From: Octopus vulgaris
Lineage: Eukaryota
Assembly: GCA_951406725.2 (NCBI GenBank)
Contig: OX597842.1
Span: 32,302,001 to 32,366,000 of the forward strand
DNA: 64,000 nucleotides
Reading direction: 5' to 3'
Numbering within the stretch: the first letter of the stretch is position 1; the number at the start of each line of letters is the position of its first letter. Under the pieces are notes generated by a model, which ran no database searches, was not told the DNA's origin, and saw nothing but the letters and a program-made list of their open reading frames with translations. This document shows, in pieces, positions 26,960 to 42,354 of this stretch. The position numbers were made by a program, and so were the translations under genes.

Positions 26960-27615
26960 GCTGTCTGTCTGTCTGTCTCTCTATCCATCCATGTATCTAT
27001 CTGTCTGTTTATCTCTCTGCTTATCTATCTATCTATCTATCTATCCATCTATCTCGCTCTCTCTCTATCTCTCTCTCTCTGTCTATCTCTATCTATCCAT
27101 CGCTCTCTCTCTCTCTGTCTATCTATCCATCTCTCTCTCTCCATCTGCCTATCCCTCTCTCTCTCTGCCTATCCCTCTATCTATCTTTCTATCTATGTAT
27201 CTATCTATCTACCTATCTATCTACCTATCTTTCTATCTACCTATCTGTCTATCTATCTATCTACCTATCTGTCTATCTATCTACCTGTCTATCTATCTTT
27301 CTATCTATCTATCTACCTATCTTTCTATCTATCTATCTACCTATCTGTCTATCTATCTATCTACCTATCTTTCTATCTATCTATCTACCTATCTGTCTAT
27401 CTATCTATCTATCTATCTATCTACCAGTCTGTCTATCTATCTATCTACCTACCAGTCTGTCTATCTATCTATCTATCTCTGTATCTATGTCTGTCTATCT
27501 GTTGACCTGTGTTATCTACGTATGTATCTCTCTCTCTCTCTATTTATCTCTATCTATCTGTCTATCTTCCTATCTATCTATCTCTCTCTGTCTATTCATC
27601 TCTCTGTCCATCCAT
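26960..27615. repeat. (TATC)n / (TC)n tetranucleotide tract
   Basis: Directly visible. Confidence 0.95.
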
Positions 27616-27987
27616 CCGTCCTCCCTCCATACCTCCCACCCACAAACCTAACCATACATTAACCATGTATGTATGGCTGTGTCTATAATTATACTGTCAA
27701 ATTTATACCATTTATACACGCCATAAACACACATGCGCATACAATACATATACACTCTCATAAACACACACAAACACAGAAACACTCACACATGCTTACA
27801 CTATTATATATACACACATACATGTATACTCAAAAACACGTGTGCACTATTATATATATATATATACTTATATACACTTGCACATATATAAATGCATGTA
27901 TGCAAATGTGTGTGTGTGTGTATGCACACATGCATGTATACACATACACACATTACTATGTGTATAAACATGTACATACTCAATACA

Positions 27988-28034
<47 letters not shown>

Positions 28035-28235
28035 ATATTTATATATATGTATGTGTATATATATATATATATATAAATGTATGCCTGTATATACGAGTGT
28101 GTGTATATATGTGTATATGTATATATATATATGCATATTTATGTATATATATGTATATATGTATGTATGTATGTATATATATATCTATATGTATGTATAT
28201 ATATATTTATATATATGTGTATGCATGTATATGTA

Positions 28236-28280
<45 letters not shown>

Positions 28281-28636
28281 GCATCTATATATGTATGTAT
28301 GTATATTTATGTATATAAATATATATATATATATATTTATGTATGTATGTATATTTATGTATGTATATATATATGCACACATACACACACTTCTATATGT
28401 CTATATACACTCGTGCACATTAGCATTATTGGTGTTGGTGTTAGCTGTGCTCTTAAGAAACTCACTTGGCATCCTAGTGTCCCTGAGTTCAATCCCACAT
28501 TGTGCAGCCTCTTAACAAATGTCTCCTGCAAGAACTTCTGGCTGACCGATGCCATTTCAAAGAATATCGGTCAACAGAATTCATAGCCTGCTGTGCATCA
28601 GTGTTTGTGTGTGTGTGTATATATATATAATATATA

Positions 28637-29025
28637 GGCGCAAGAGTGGCTGTGTGGTAAGTAGCTTGCTAACCAACCACATGGTTCCGGGTTCAGTCCC
28701 ACTGCGTGGCGTCTTGGGCAAGTGTCTTCTGCTATAGCCCCAGGCCGACCAAAGCCTTGTGAGTGGATTTGGTAGACGGAAACTGAAAGAAGCCTGTCGT
28801 ATATATGTATATATGTATATATATATATGTGTGTATGTTTGTGTGTCTGTGTTTGTCCCCCTAGCATCGCTTGACAACCGATTACTTAGCAGTTCGGCAA
28901 AAGAGACCGATAGAATAAGTACTGGGCTTACAAAGAATAAGTCCCGGGGGTGATTTGATCGACTAAAGGCGGTGCTCCAGCATGGCCGCAGTCAAATGAC
29001 TGAAACATGTAAAAGAGTAAAGAGT
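28637..29025 (+). mobile_element. SINE family A copy
   Basis: Full-length match. An inverted tail fragment follows at 29412-29542. Confidence 0.9.
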
Positions 29026-29265
29026 ATATGTGTGTATATATATATATAATATGTATATGTGTGTGTATATATTTGTGTTTATGTGTGTGTATATATATAT
29101 ATATATGTATATGTGTGTATATATGTATATGTGTGTATATATATAATATGTATATGTGTGTATATATATAATATGTATATGTGTGTATATATATATATAA
29201 TATGTATATGTGTGTGTATATATATATAATATCTATATGTGTGTGTATATATATATATATGTATA

Positions 29266-29328
<63 letters not shown>

Positions 29329-29541
29329 ATATATATATAATATGTATATGTGTGTGTATATATATATATATGTATATGTGTGTGTATATATATATATAAT
29401 ATATATATATTCTTTTTATTGTATTAGTCATTTGACTGCAGCCATGCTGGAGCACCGCCTTTAGTCGAGCAAATCGACCCCAAGACTTATTCTTTGTAAG
29501 CCCAGTACTTATTCTATCGGTCTCTTTTGCCGAACCGCTTA

Positions 29542-29579
<38 letters not shown>

Positions 29580-31540
29580 ATCTTTTTTTTGTATTAGTCA
29601 TATTGACTGTGGCCATCCTGGAGCACCACCTTGACGGGTTTTAGTTGAACAAATCGAGTTTTTGTTTTTTTCATTTTTTTTTTAGACCTAGTATTTATTC
29701 TATCGAATCGTTTTGCCGAACTGCTAAGTTGCAGGGATGTAAACACAGCAGCCGCGGTTGTTATGTAGTGATGGGTGGGATGGGGACGAGGTGTGGGGTT
29801 GGGGGAATAAACACTATCAGAAGGACACTAAAATACACACACCCACACACATGCTCCGTTCTTAACCTGCTCTCAATTCTCTCCCCCTCACACACACACG
29901 CCTCGGCTCTTACTTGTCTCCTTTGAGATGCTACAACCATCGGCGTCTTCGTCACCGCTTCTACTGCCACCACCGTTACCTCCACCATCACCACCACCAC
30001 AACCACCACCACCATCACCACAAACACCACCACCACCACCACCACCACCAAGACTATCACCACAACCACCATCACCACAACCATCATCACCACAACCATC
30101 ATCACCACAACCACCACCACCATCACCACCACCACCACCATCACAAACACCACCACAACCATCACCACCACCACCATCACACTACCACCATCACCACCAC
30201 AACCACCACAACCACAACAACCATCGCCCCCTACCCTCACCACCACCACAACCACCATCACTATCACCACTACCACAACCATCACCACCATCACCACCAC
30301 ATCCAACATCACTATCACCACTACCCAAACCACCACCACCACAACAACCATCGCCCCCCCCACCATCGCCACCACAACCACCACAACCATCATCACCACA
30401 ACCACCATCACTATCACCACTACCACATCCACCACTACCACCACCACAACAACCATCGCCCCCCCCCCCTACCATCGCCACCACAACCACAACAACCACC
30501 GCCCCCTACTATCACCACCACCATCACTATCACCACTACCACAACCACCACAACCACCACCACCACTATCCCTCCTCACCCCACTTCCTCTACTACGAAG
30601 TGTCCCTCGTTCACTCTTTCTCCTCTCTTCTCTCTCTCACCCTTGCACCCACCAACCTCCCTTCCCTTCCCCCTACAAGCATATATTGTCTTGCTCCCAC
30701 CCACCCTGCCGTTCCCTTTCACCCCTTAGGTCTACATCATCCTTTAGATCCTCACAATCTGAAAATGGCAGCAGAGAGAGATCTAACCCCCCCCCACTTC
30801 ATCAACCCCCCCCCCCGTCACTAAGTTAGGGGACAACAGCAATAACAAAAGAAACAATATGCATCTATTATCATCATCATCATCATCATTATTATTATTG
30901 TCATTATTATCATTATTATTATTATCATCACCATCATCATCATCGTTATTATTATCATTATTATAATTATTATTATTAAGGCAGGGAACTGGCAGAGTCG
31001 TTAGCACGGTGAGCGAAATGCTTAGCGGTATTTCTTGTCTTTACTTTCTGAGTTCAAATTCCGCCAGGGTCGACTTTACCTTCTGCTCTTTCGGGGTCGA
31101 TAAATTAAGTACCAGTGAAATACTGGGGTCGATGTAATCGACTAGACCCCTTCCCCGCCCAAATTTCAGGCGTTGTGCCTACAACAGAAATGATGATTAT
31201 TATTATTATTGTTATTATTATTATTATTATTATTGTTATTGTTATTATTATTATTAAGAAGCTTGTAGTATTTCACCTATTGCTCCATTCTGAGTTCAAA
31301 TTCTGCCGAGGTCAACTTTACTTTTCATCCTTTTGGGGGCCGATTAAACAAGTACCAGTTATGAACTGGGGTCGATGTAATCGACTTAATCGCTTCCCCC
31401 AATTTTGGTTTCACCCATACATAAAGCACACCGGTGTTTGAACGACCGAAAGAGCCATGGGTCTGCAGGTAGCTTTTTTGTTGCTGACGTATATCTAGTT
31501 TAGTCATGATTTCTTCTTATTATAATCAACAACAAACATA

Positions 31541-31950
31541 GGCGCAGGAGTGGCTGTGTGGTAAGTAGCTTGCTTACCAACCACATGGTTCCGGGTTCAG
31601 TCCCACTGCGTGGTACCTTGGGCAAGTGACTTCTACTATAGCCTCAGGCTGACCAATGCCTTGTGAGTGGATTTGGTAGATGGAAACTGAAAGAAGCCCA
31701 TCGTATATATATATATATATATATATGTATGCGTGTGTGTATACGTTTGTGTGTCTGTGTTTGTCCCCCGAACATCGCTTGACAATCGATGTCAGTGTGT
31801 TTATGTCCCTGTAACTTAGTGGTTCGGCAAAAGAGACTGATAGAATAAGTACTAGGCTTACAAAGAATAAGTACCGGGGTCGACTTGCTCGACTAAAGGT
31901 AGTGCCCCAGCATGGCCACAGTCAAATGACTGAAACAAGTAAAAACAGAA
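31541..31950 (+). mobile_element. SINE family A copy
   Basis: Full-length match. Confidence 0.9.
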
Positions 31951-31969
31951 AAGAATATATATATATATG

Positions 31970-32153
31970 ATAGATTGTTAGCCACTACACATTCTATATT
32001 TTTTCACCTTGTTTCTTTCTGTGTCCCTCTCTGTAGAAGAGCGTAGGCTCGAAATGTTAAAGACTTTCTCACTTCTTGAGCGTTATACTAATACATCTGT
32101 TTGTTTTATACACCACCTGTCTTCGTCTTTTGTTTTTTTGTGAATTCTCCCTA
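31970..32153 (+). mobile_element. Second copy of the short Penelope-like repeat found at 55247-55414
   Basis: ctgtagaagagcgtaggctcgaaa...tacaccacctgtcttcgtctt...aattctccct matches the reverse complement of 55247-55414. Confidence 0.6.
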
Positions 32154-32463
32154 TACACACACACACACACACACATGTATGTATATAAATAAATGTATCT
32201 ATATATGTACAGATATATGTGTGTTTATATATGAATACATAGATGTATGTGTGTGTGTATATATATGATTATATATATATGTATGCATATGGTTGTGTGT
32301 GTGTGTATATACATATAAGATAGTAGTGTATGATTTGACGAGTTAGGTTGTAGTGGTTGTGGTGCATCTGTTGTAGCAGTAGTAGTAGTTGTACAGCTGA
32401 AATATAACAATAAGAGGAACAATGAGACAACAACAATGATTACAACAATAAAGCAAAGAATTA

Positions 32464-32640
32464 ATGATGATGATGATGATGATGATGATGGCGATGACGA
32501 TGATGATAGTGATGGTGATGATATTGATGATGACGATGATGATGATGGTGACGATGATGATGATGACGACGATGATAATGACGATGATGTTGATGATGAC
32601 GATGACGACGATGAGGATGATGATGATGACGATGATGGTG

Positions 32641-32671
<31 letters not shown>

Positions 32672-32790
32672 CGATGATGACGACGATGATAATGACGACG
32701 ATGATGACGATGATGACGATGACGATGATGACGATGACGATGACGATGATAATGATGACGATGATGATGATGATGATGACGATGATGATA
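32464..32790. repeat. (GAT/GAC)n trinucleotide tract
   Basis: Directly visible. Confidence 0.95.
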
Positions 32791-33976
32791 AAAAAGAGCA
32801 AACCCCCAGAAATCGTTAACGAGGGAAAATCGGAAATCTGGAGATAAGAGAATCTTAGGGGGTGAGAAGAAAGGAAGAGAGGAAGGAAAGATGGAAGGAA
32901 GGAGAGATAAGAGCGGGGGGGGGCAGGGGAGGGAAGAAAGAGGTGGGAGTGGTGGTGGTGGTGGTGGTGGTGGTGGGGGTGGGGGTGTCATTTCGGAGGT
33001 GGGTGGGGGGGAGTTATTGCCTGGGACCCTTTAAAAAAAACTGCCAAAGAGACATTCTGGAACATAAAACCGCTCTCCACCCCCTCCACCGTTCCGAAGA
33101 TATTGGGGGGTGGGGGGTGGTTCATCCGGTGGTGTGTGCGCACGTGTGTGTGTGTGTGTGTGTAAGGCTTGTATGTGTGTGTGTAGTTATGTGTGTGCAT
33201 GGGTGTATATGTATACATGTATGTATGTATGTATGTGTGTGTATGTAACCCACACATTATACATACATGTACATACACACATGTATATATTTATATATTA
33301 ACTAATGTATATATGTGTGTATATATGTACTCCAATATTTATATTTCAGTGATTGATTATATATATATATATACATGTGTGTATATATGTATGTATGTAT
33401 GTATGTGTGTGTATATGTATGTATGTATATACATGTGTATATATATATATACATGTGTGTATATATGTATGTATGTATATACATGTGTATATGTATGCAT
33501 GTGTATATATATATATACATGTGTGTATATATGTATGTATGTATGTATGTGTGTATATATGTATGTATATAGATGTGTGTATGTATGCATGTGTATATAT
33601 ATATATACATGTGTGTATATATGGATGTATGTATATACATGTGTGTGTATATATGTATGTATGTATGTATATACATGTGTGTATATATGTATGTATGCAT
33701 GTGTATATATATATATATATATACATGTGTGTATATATGTATGTATGCATCTATATATATATATACACACATAAATACACACACACACATGTGCAATGTC
33801 AAAACATGTAGATGTGTCTATATAATAATATATATACATACACACATCATACACACACACACACACACACATACACACATGTACACATGCAAACATATAG
33901 ATGTCTGTGTATCATGATATATACATGCATACATACACACTCACACACATGCTATTCTCTCTGTCTGTCTCTCTTT

Positions 33977-34018
<42 letters not shown>

Positions 34019-34340
34019 ATATGCATGTGTGTGTATAACCTTCAGAGTTTTTTTTTTTCTTTCCCGATGTTTTTTCCCTGGGTTTAGGTTATAGTTTTTC
34101 AGGACAGTCAACTGGAAAATTTTACGGGCAAATATTATCCGCTAAATGCGTAGAGATAGATATGTCAGCATGTATATAGTGTATACACACACATATATAT
34201 ATATATATATACATATATATACATACTGAAATAAGTTTGGTTTGTGTGTGTTTGTATGTGTGTGGGTATATCTGTATACATGTGTGTGTGTGTGTGTGTG
34301 TGTGCATACTTCTGGTTTTGTTATGTGCATGTCCTACAAC

Positions 34341-34379
<39 letters not shown>

Positions 34380-34801
34380 CGACCTCTGTGGTTGTGTGGT
34401 ATGTAGCTTGCTTAGCAACCACATGGTTCCGGGTTCAGTCCCACTGCGTGGCACCTTGGGCAAGTGTCTTCTAGTTTAGCCTTGGTTCGACCAAAGCCTT
34501 GTGAATGGATTTGGTAGACAGAAACTGAATGAAGCCCGTTGTGGTGCTCCAGCATGGCCGCAGTCAAATGACTGAAACAAATAAGAATATATATATATAT
34601 ATAAACACACACACACACACACACACACATACATACATATATATATACACACACATGCATATATATATATACACATACATATATATATATATATATACAC
34701 ATACATATATATACATACACATACATACATACACACACATACATACACATATACACACATACACATATACACACACATACATATATATATATATATATGT
34801 G

Positions 34802-34835
<34 letters not shown>

Positions 34836-34945
34836 TATATATATATACACACACATACATATATATATATACACACATACATATATATATATACACACAT
34901 ACATACATACATATATATATATACACATACATTATACATATATAT

Positions 34946-34988
<43 letters not shown>

Positions 34989-34993
34989 TATAT

Positions 34994-35030
<37 letters not shown>

Positions 35031-35562
35031 CACACTCATGTGTATGTATGTATACACTCCCAGAGAGTGTATACGACCATAGCAACTGTTGGAGAAATGC
35101 AGAAATCAGGTGCTGGAGCAGTTATCTCCCCTGGACCTTCTTCTCCCCCCCCCCCTTTCCCTTTATGGCTCTGTGTTCAGCGTGGCCAAGTCTCCCTCAC
35201 ACAAACTCTCTGCCTCTCTTTCCTTTCTCGCCCCCCCCCCCACTCTTGTATCTGTCTGTTCGTCCCTCTATATGTCTGGCTGGAAGTCGTGTGGTCTGCG
35301 CGAGTGGCACATGGCTGGATATTTCTTCTATACTTCTGCCTGTTTCATTGATTCGACTGTGAGTGGCCATACTGGAGCACCACCCTTTTTTTTTTTTTTT
35401 GTTTTTTTTTGTAGTTGAAGAAATCGGGACTCCAGGCCTTATTCTTTGTAAGACCGACACCTATTATAATATCGGTAAGTGCTAAATTATTGGGACAAAA
35501 ACAAACCAACATAGGTTGTCAAGTGATGGCACGGGGACAAACACAAATAAATAAATATATAT

Positions 35563-35955
35563 AGGCGCAGGAGTGGCTGTGTGGTAAGTAGCTTGCTTAC
35601 CAACCACATGGTTCCGGGTTCAGTCCCACTGCGTGGCACCTTGAGCAAGTGTCTTCTACTATTGCCTCGGGCCGATCAAAGCCTTGTGAGTGGATTTGGT
35701 AGGTGGAAACTGAAAGAAGCCCGTCGTATATATGTATATATATATATATGTGTGTCTGTGTTTGTCCCCCTAGCATTGCTTGACAACCGGTGCTGGTGAG
35801 TTTACGTCCCCATCACTTAGCGGTTCGGCAAAAGAGACCGATAGAATAAGTACTGGGCTTACAAAGAATAAGTCCCGGGGGTCGATTTGCTCGACTAAAG
35901 GCAGTGCTCCAGCATGGCCGTAGTCAAATGACTGAAACAAGTAAAAAAGTAAAAA
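35563..35955 (+). mobile_element. tRNA-derived SINE family A, full-length representative
   Basis: A box TGGCTGTGTGG, B box GGTTCAGTCCC, CORE-like caccttgggcaagtg, an internal (TA)n(TG)n tract and a gtaaaa(ga) tail. More than 25 full or partial copies are in the window. Confidence 0.9.
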
Positions 35956-36527
35956 AGAGAGAAAAGAGATATGTGTGTGTGTGTGTGTGTATATATATGT
36001 GTGTGTGTATATATATGTGTGTGTGTGTGTATATATATGTGTGTGTGTGTATATATATATGTCTGCTTATGCCCACCTTCACACACAGGCACCATGACAA
36101 CACAACTCTCAGACAATCCGTTGCAGTGGTGGTCTTGGTTGTGAACACGAAAGGCTGGGTGTGAATATAGTTGGCAGCTGGGGGATGATGGGGGTGGACG
36201 GCTGCAGGGTGGGCATTGCCAGGGTCAACAGCAACTGCGATGACGGACGATGACGATGATTGCGGCGGTGGAAGCAGCAGTAACGAGCATGATTCTGATG
36301 ACGATGGTGGTGGTGGTGATGACGATGATGATGATGGTAATAAGGATGTTGATGATGATGATGATGATGATGTAATCTTACTCACTCAGTGGTTTTTCAG
36401 TGCTGGTATCTGATGCGTGAACAACTTGTTCAGTCTTATACACACACACTTTAGAGTGGGTGTGTATGCTTGTATATATACATGTATATGTGTGTATATA
36501 TATATGTGTGTGTATGTATATATATGT

Positions 36528-36566
<39 letters not shown>

Positions 36567-36580
36567 TGTGTATATATATA

Positions 36581-36619
<39 letters not shown>

Positions 36620-38311
36620 ATATATGTATGTGTATATATATGTATGTGTGTATATATATATGTATGTGTATATATATATATGTATGTGTGTATATATATA
36701 TGTATGTGTATATATGTATATGTATATATATATGTATGTGTATATATGTATATGTATATATATATGTATGTGTATATATGTATATGTATATATATATGTA
36801 TGTGTATATATGTATATGTATATATGTATGTGTATATATGTATATGTATATATATATGTATGTGTATATATGTATATGTATATATATATGTATGTGTATA
36901 TGTATATATGTATGTATTTGTCTTTATATGTATATCTATATGTATGTATGTATGTATGTAAATGTATGTATGTGTGTGTGTGTGTCTGTGTGTATATATA
37001 TGTATATGGAGATATATGTATACATGGCTACACATGCATCAGTGATGAGGTGAGGTGTGTAGAAGTGGCCTATGGGGAATTTGAACCTGTGATGGCAGCT
37101 CAGCAAGATGAAAGGAATGTCTGTGATCGCATGGGTTTGTGTGCATGTAACTCTGTACACGTGTATATATATATATATATATATAAGATATATATATATA
37201 TATAATGTACATATATGTATGTATATAAATATATAGGTGTGTACATGTATATATGTTTTTTATATATATACACACAATGTACATATATGTATGTATATAA
37301 ATATATAGATGTGTACATGTATATATGTTTTTTATATATATACACACAATGTACATATATGTATGTATATAAATATATAGATGTGTACATGTATATATGT
37401 TTTTTATATATATACACACAGACAGATATATTTAGATATAAAAATTATACATACATATATATATGTTTTTATATATATATGTACATATATGTATGTATAT
37501 AAATATATAGTGTGTACATGTATATATGTGTGTGTATGGGTATAACACAAATGTGCACATGTGGGTTTTCATATATATATATATATATATATATATGCAT
37601 GCTATTAAATGTGGTGTGTGTGTATGGGTATAACCATGTATGTGGGTTTTCATGTATGTATGTATGTATGTATATCGATGCATGTAAGAACATGTACATG
37701 AATACTTGAATGTGTATATATGAGTGTGTGTGTGTGTGTGTGGAATTTGTGTATATAAATATATACGTGTTCATAAAAACTACCTATACATTTCAAGTTA
37801 TATATGTATATTTGACTATATATATATACATACACACACACACATTTATATGTCATACATACATATATATCTATATATATAGCTATATATATATATATCA
37901 TTACTCACACACACACACACACACATAGATATATGTTTGGTTTCGGCTCTGTTTAACCCAGACATATTAGGCAATAATAGCACACACACACACACACACA
38001 CACAGTAATATAGGTGTAGTAGTGGCTGTGTGGTAAATAGCTTGCTTCCCAACCACATGGTTCCGGGTTCAGTCCCACTGCATGGCACCTTGGGCAAGTG
38101 TCTTCTACTATAGCCTCGGGCCGACCAAAGCCTCATGGGTGGATTTGGTAGATAGAAACTGAAAGAAGCCCGCCATGTATATGTGTATATATATATTATT
38201 CAAAGGAATTCCAATGTTATATTTATATTCTTTATAATATTAACATAGAATATATAGTATAAATAATATATACGTGTGTGTATATACATTATATATATAT
38301 ATATATATATA

Positions 38312-38512
38312 GTTAGTTAATCCAAACAAGGAAACACAAAAAAACACAACAACGCGAGGACGTGGAACAAATATAGTATTATTGGACGCTCAGGAAAGAA
38401 GGAGGGTTTAACGTTTCGAGTGGAGCTCTTCGTCGGAAACATAGGAGAAGGAAAGATCCAGAGAAGGGAAGACAGAGGAAAAAAAATCGCCAACGGTACA
38501 CACGAGGTCACA
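38312..38512 (-). mobile_element. Short Penelope-like terminal-repeat remnant with minimal hammerhead variant (38406-38440)
   Basis: Minus strand: GUUU CCGACGA A GAG-CUCCA-CUC GAAAC GUU^AAAC. Stems I and II pair. Stem III is reduced to palindromic AACGUU. Confidence 0.5.
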
Positions 38513-38673
38513 TTTTGAATATATATAGTAAAATGAAATGAAGTATTGATTGTCTTATTGAATAGATGAAATGGTGAATATCGAATATTAAGGGACTAGT
38601 ATACTTTCTTGCATTAAAGCAGTCTTCAAGGTCCCAGGTTGTGACAGGAGTATGTATGTTTCTATACATACAC

Positions 38674-38712
<39 letters not shown>

Positions 38713-39372
38713 TATGTATGTATGTATTTGTGTGTCTGTGTTAGTCCCTTCACCATCGCTTGACCACCAATGTTGGTGTGTTTATGTCTCCATAACTTAG
38801 TGGTTAGGCAAAAGGGATCGATAGAATAAGTACTAGGCTTACAAAGAATAAGTCCTAGGATCGATTTGTTCGACTAAAGTCGGTGCTCCAGTATGGCCAC
38901 AGTGAAATGATTGAAACTTGTAAAAGAATAAAATGGAAAACAGCCATTGCATAATATCAAAAATTCTAACATTGCCATCTGGATACAGGACCAGATACTG
39001 CAACAGCTTGGGTTTTAAGGGCCCAAGATCTTCAATATCCTTTGGAAAAGCTTGACCGACCTGCATGGTGTGGATAGAGGTGTCTTCATAACAAAATAGG
39101 ATCTCCTCCGGTTACGAGTTTCCAATGAACCTGCCTCATAGTAAGAAGCACAGATGGGGGAAGCAACATCGGACTCCCTCATGCAGCAAATGCCACATGC
39201 CAGAAGGGGTTTCCAAGTAATGAAAATGCAGCAATGCTGAAGGCAGTGCTCCAGCATGGCTGTAGTTCTTGAGCTGACATTAGTTACAGAGTTAAAGAGT
39301 TTTTTAAATACATATTACATACACACACACTTGCAACCAAGCGAATACCCTCCATCAGGCATCTACCATACT

Positions 39373-39737
39373 ATTTCCTTACTACCCACAAGGGGCTAAA
39401 CAGAGAGGGGACAAACAAGGACAGAAAAACGGATTAAGTTGATTACATTGACCCCAGTGCATAACTGGTACTTAATTTATCGACCCCGAAAGGATGAAAG
39501 GCAAAGTCGACCTCGGCAGAATTTGAACTCAGAACGTAACGGCAGATGAAATGCCTATTTCTTTACTACTCACAAGGGGCTAAACACAAAGGGGACAAAC
39601 AAGGACAGACAGAGGGATTAAATCGATTATATCGACCCCCAGTGCGTAACTGGTACTTATTTAATCGACTCTGAATGGATGAAAGGCAAAGTCGACCTCG
39701 GCGGAATTTGAACTCAGAACGTAACGGCAGACGAAAT
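39373..39737 (-). mobile_element. Tandem dimer of SINE family B
   Basis: Two consecutive 5'-truncated reverse-complement copies. Confidence 0.8.
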
Positions 39738-39903
39738 TCACAAGGCTTTGGTCGGCCCGAGGCTATAGTAGAAGACACTTGCCCAAAGTACCACACAGTG
39801 GGACTGAACCTGGAACCATGTGGTTGAGAAGCAAGCTACTTACCACACAACAAAACCTGTACCCATATAAGTATATATGTGAATATATATGTCTATGTAT
39901 ATA

Positions 39904-39953
<50 letters not shown>

Positions 39954-40415
39954 TATATGTAGATCTACATTATTTGTGTATATTTGTACGTATAGCCATA
40001 AATTTGTATATCTGTCTGTGTGTGTGTACATATAAATATGTATATAATTGTGTGTGATACACACATATATATTTATATATGTATTGTTGTGTTTGTGTGT
40101 ATATAATATTATATATCCTTGCCTCTAGGCTAGATTAAAGTGTAATCTTGGAGTGCAACCAACCTTAATTTATAGATAACTGATAGCTGTGTGTATGTGT
40201 ATATACATACATACATACAATATATACATACATGTGTGTGTTTGTACATGTGAGTATGTGTGTGTTGGGAAGGATAGCTGTATATATTTGAAGTGTGGGA
40301 ATGTGTTAACTTGTATGTGGGTGTATATATATATATATTTACTTATAAGTATGCTGTGTATATATATATATATATATATATATTTACCTATAAGTATGCT
40401 ATATATATATGTATG

Positions 40416-40451
<36 letters not shown>

Positions 40452-41116
40452 TATGCTATATATATATATATGCTATGTATATGTATGGGTATATATATAT
40501 ATGCTATGTATATGTATGGGTATATATATATATATCCTATGTATATGTGTGGGTATATATATATATATGCTAATGCTATGTATATATATATATGTAGAGA
40601 GAGAGAGAGATGTGCAAATACGCATACAAATGTGTGTGTGTAAATCCTAAAACATTTTAAACAGAAAAAAGCATTCATGAATATTTATATTCATAAACTG
40701 TTAATTCAAAATGTGTATATGTGTGTATATATGTTTATATACACACACACACAAGCGTAATGTGTTTTTTATCTCTTTCTCTCTCTGTATATATGTATGT
40801 ATGTATGTATGTGTGTGTGTATGTATGTATGTGTGTATGTGTATGTATGTATGTATGTATGTGTGTGTGTGTGAAACTCCGAGTAACAAAGAAGTGAATC
40901 ACTAGTTGTTATCTATAAATATTAAGTTTACTTCTCGGATGGGGTAGGGAAGGGGGGTATTTTGTTTTTTTTGCTGTGTGTGTATGTGTGTGTATATATA
41001 TAGAGATACATACATGCATGTATTAACATTACACACACACACACATACAGTACAGACATATATTTTTATGCATGTGTGTGTATATGTATTCCTATATATA
41101 TATATTCGTATGTGTG

Positions 41117-41173
<57 letters not shown>

Positions 41174-41314
41174 GCCTCTATATATATGTGTGTATATGTA
41201 TGGTTATGTGTGTGTATCTCTATATATATATCGTTATAAATATGGATGTATATGTGTGTGTGTGTGTGTCTATATATGTCTATATACATGTGTGTATATG
41301 TATATATGTGTGTG

Positions 41315-41371
<57 letters not shown>

Positions 41372-41372
<1 letters not shown>

Positions 41373-41597
41373 AGCTGGCAGAAACGTTAGCACGCTCGGC
41401 GAAATGCGTAGCCGTATTTCGTCTGCCGTTACGTTCTGGGTTCAAATTCCACCGAGGTCGACTTTGCCTTTCATCCTTTCGAGGTCGATAAATTAAGCAC
41501 CAGTTACGCACTGGGGTCGATGTAATCGACTTAATCCATTTGTTTGTCCTTGTTTGTCTCCTCTGTGTTTAGCCCCTTGTGGGTAGTAAAGAAATAG
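41372..41597 (+). mobile_element. tRNA-derived SINE family B
   Basis: gagctggcagaaacgttagc..., B box ggttcaaattcc, central gcctttcatcctttcgaggtcgataaattaag, tail gccccttgtgggtagtaaagaaata. Other copies at 30981-31170 and 31288-31400 (+), 39373-39737 (-, tandem) and 42355-42582 (-). Confidence 0.85.
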
Positions 41598-42354
41598 GTA
41601 TATATATATATATATATATATTTATGTATACACACACACACACAGGGATGTATGACTGCTTGTTTTATGTTCAGAGCTCCACATAGATTAACCTCCTCCA
41701 GTGTAGTCGCTGAGCAATTATTATAATTAGTAGCATTACTAGTTATGACATATATAAACCAAACGTAGGAGATATTACACCAAACACAAGTCTATATAAT
41801 TTTTTTCCCTACATCTGTTTCACTGAGGGCTGGAGAGCCAGTGGCTGCACCAGGCTCCAATCTGATCTGGCAATGTTGTGGCTGATACCAGTGACACTCG
41901 TCTGGCTCCCCCATGCTGGTGGCACATTAAAAGCACCATCCAAACGTGGTCAATGCCAGCCACCCACCCCTTCCCGGCCCCCGTGCTGGTGGCACATAAA
42001 AAGCACCATCCAAACGTGGTCAATGCCAGCCACCCATCAATGCCAGCCACCCACCCCTTCCCGGCCCCCGTGCTGGTGGCACATTAAAAGCACGTAAAAA
42101 GCACCCACTACACTCTCGGAGTGGTTGGCGTTAGGAAGGGCATCCAGCCATAGAAACTCTGCCAGATCAAGATTGGAGCCTGGTGCAGCCATCTGGCTTC
42201 CCAGATCCCCAGTCGAACTGTCCAACCCATGCTAGCATAAAAAGCAGATGTTAAACGATGATGATATATGTATATATATATATATATATGTAGACATGTG
42301 TATCTATATGCATGTAGATGTATGTATGTATGTGTGTGTGTGTGTATATATATA

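Noticed and set aside
29914-30824. Poly-His/Pro/Thr ORFs (also 11274-11880, 25621-26741, 51940-52965) resembling mucins or His-rich beak proteins
   Set aside because: They are CAC/ACC/CTA trinucleotide tracts, open in multiple frames and on both strands, with no coding bias.
32436-32819. Poly-Asp ORF resembling acidic shell or matrix proteins
   Set aside because: It is a (GAT/GAC)n tract inside an intron, open in several frames, with no signal peptide or exon boundaries.
38935-39240. Complex non-repetitive segment that might be an exon
   Set aside because: No convincing splice sites or recognisable protein motif on either strand. The flanking PTB exons already join in frame without it, so it is probably an old transposon fragment.
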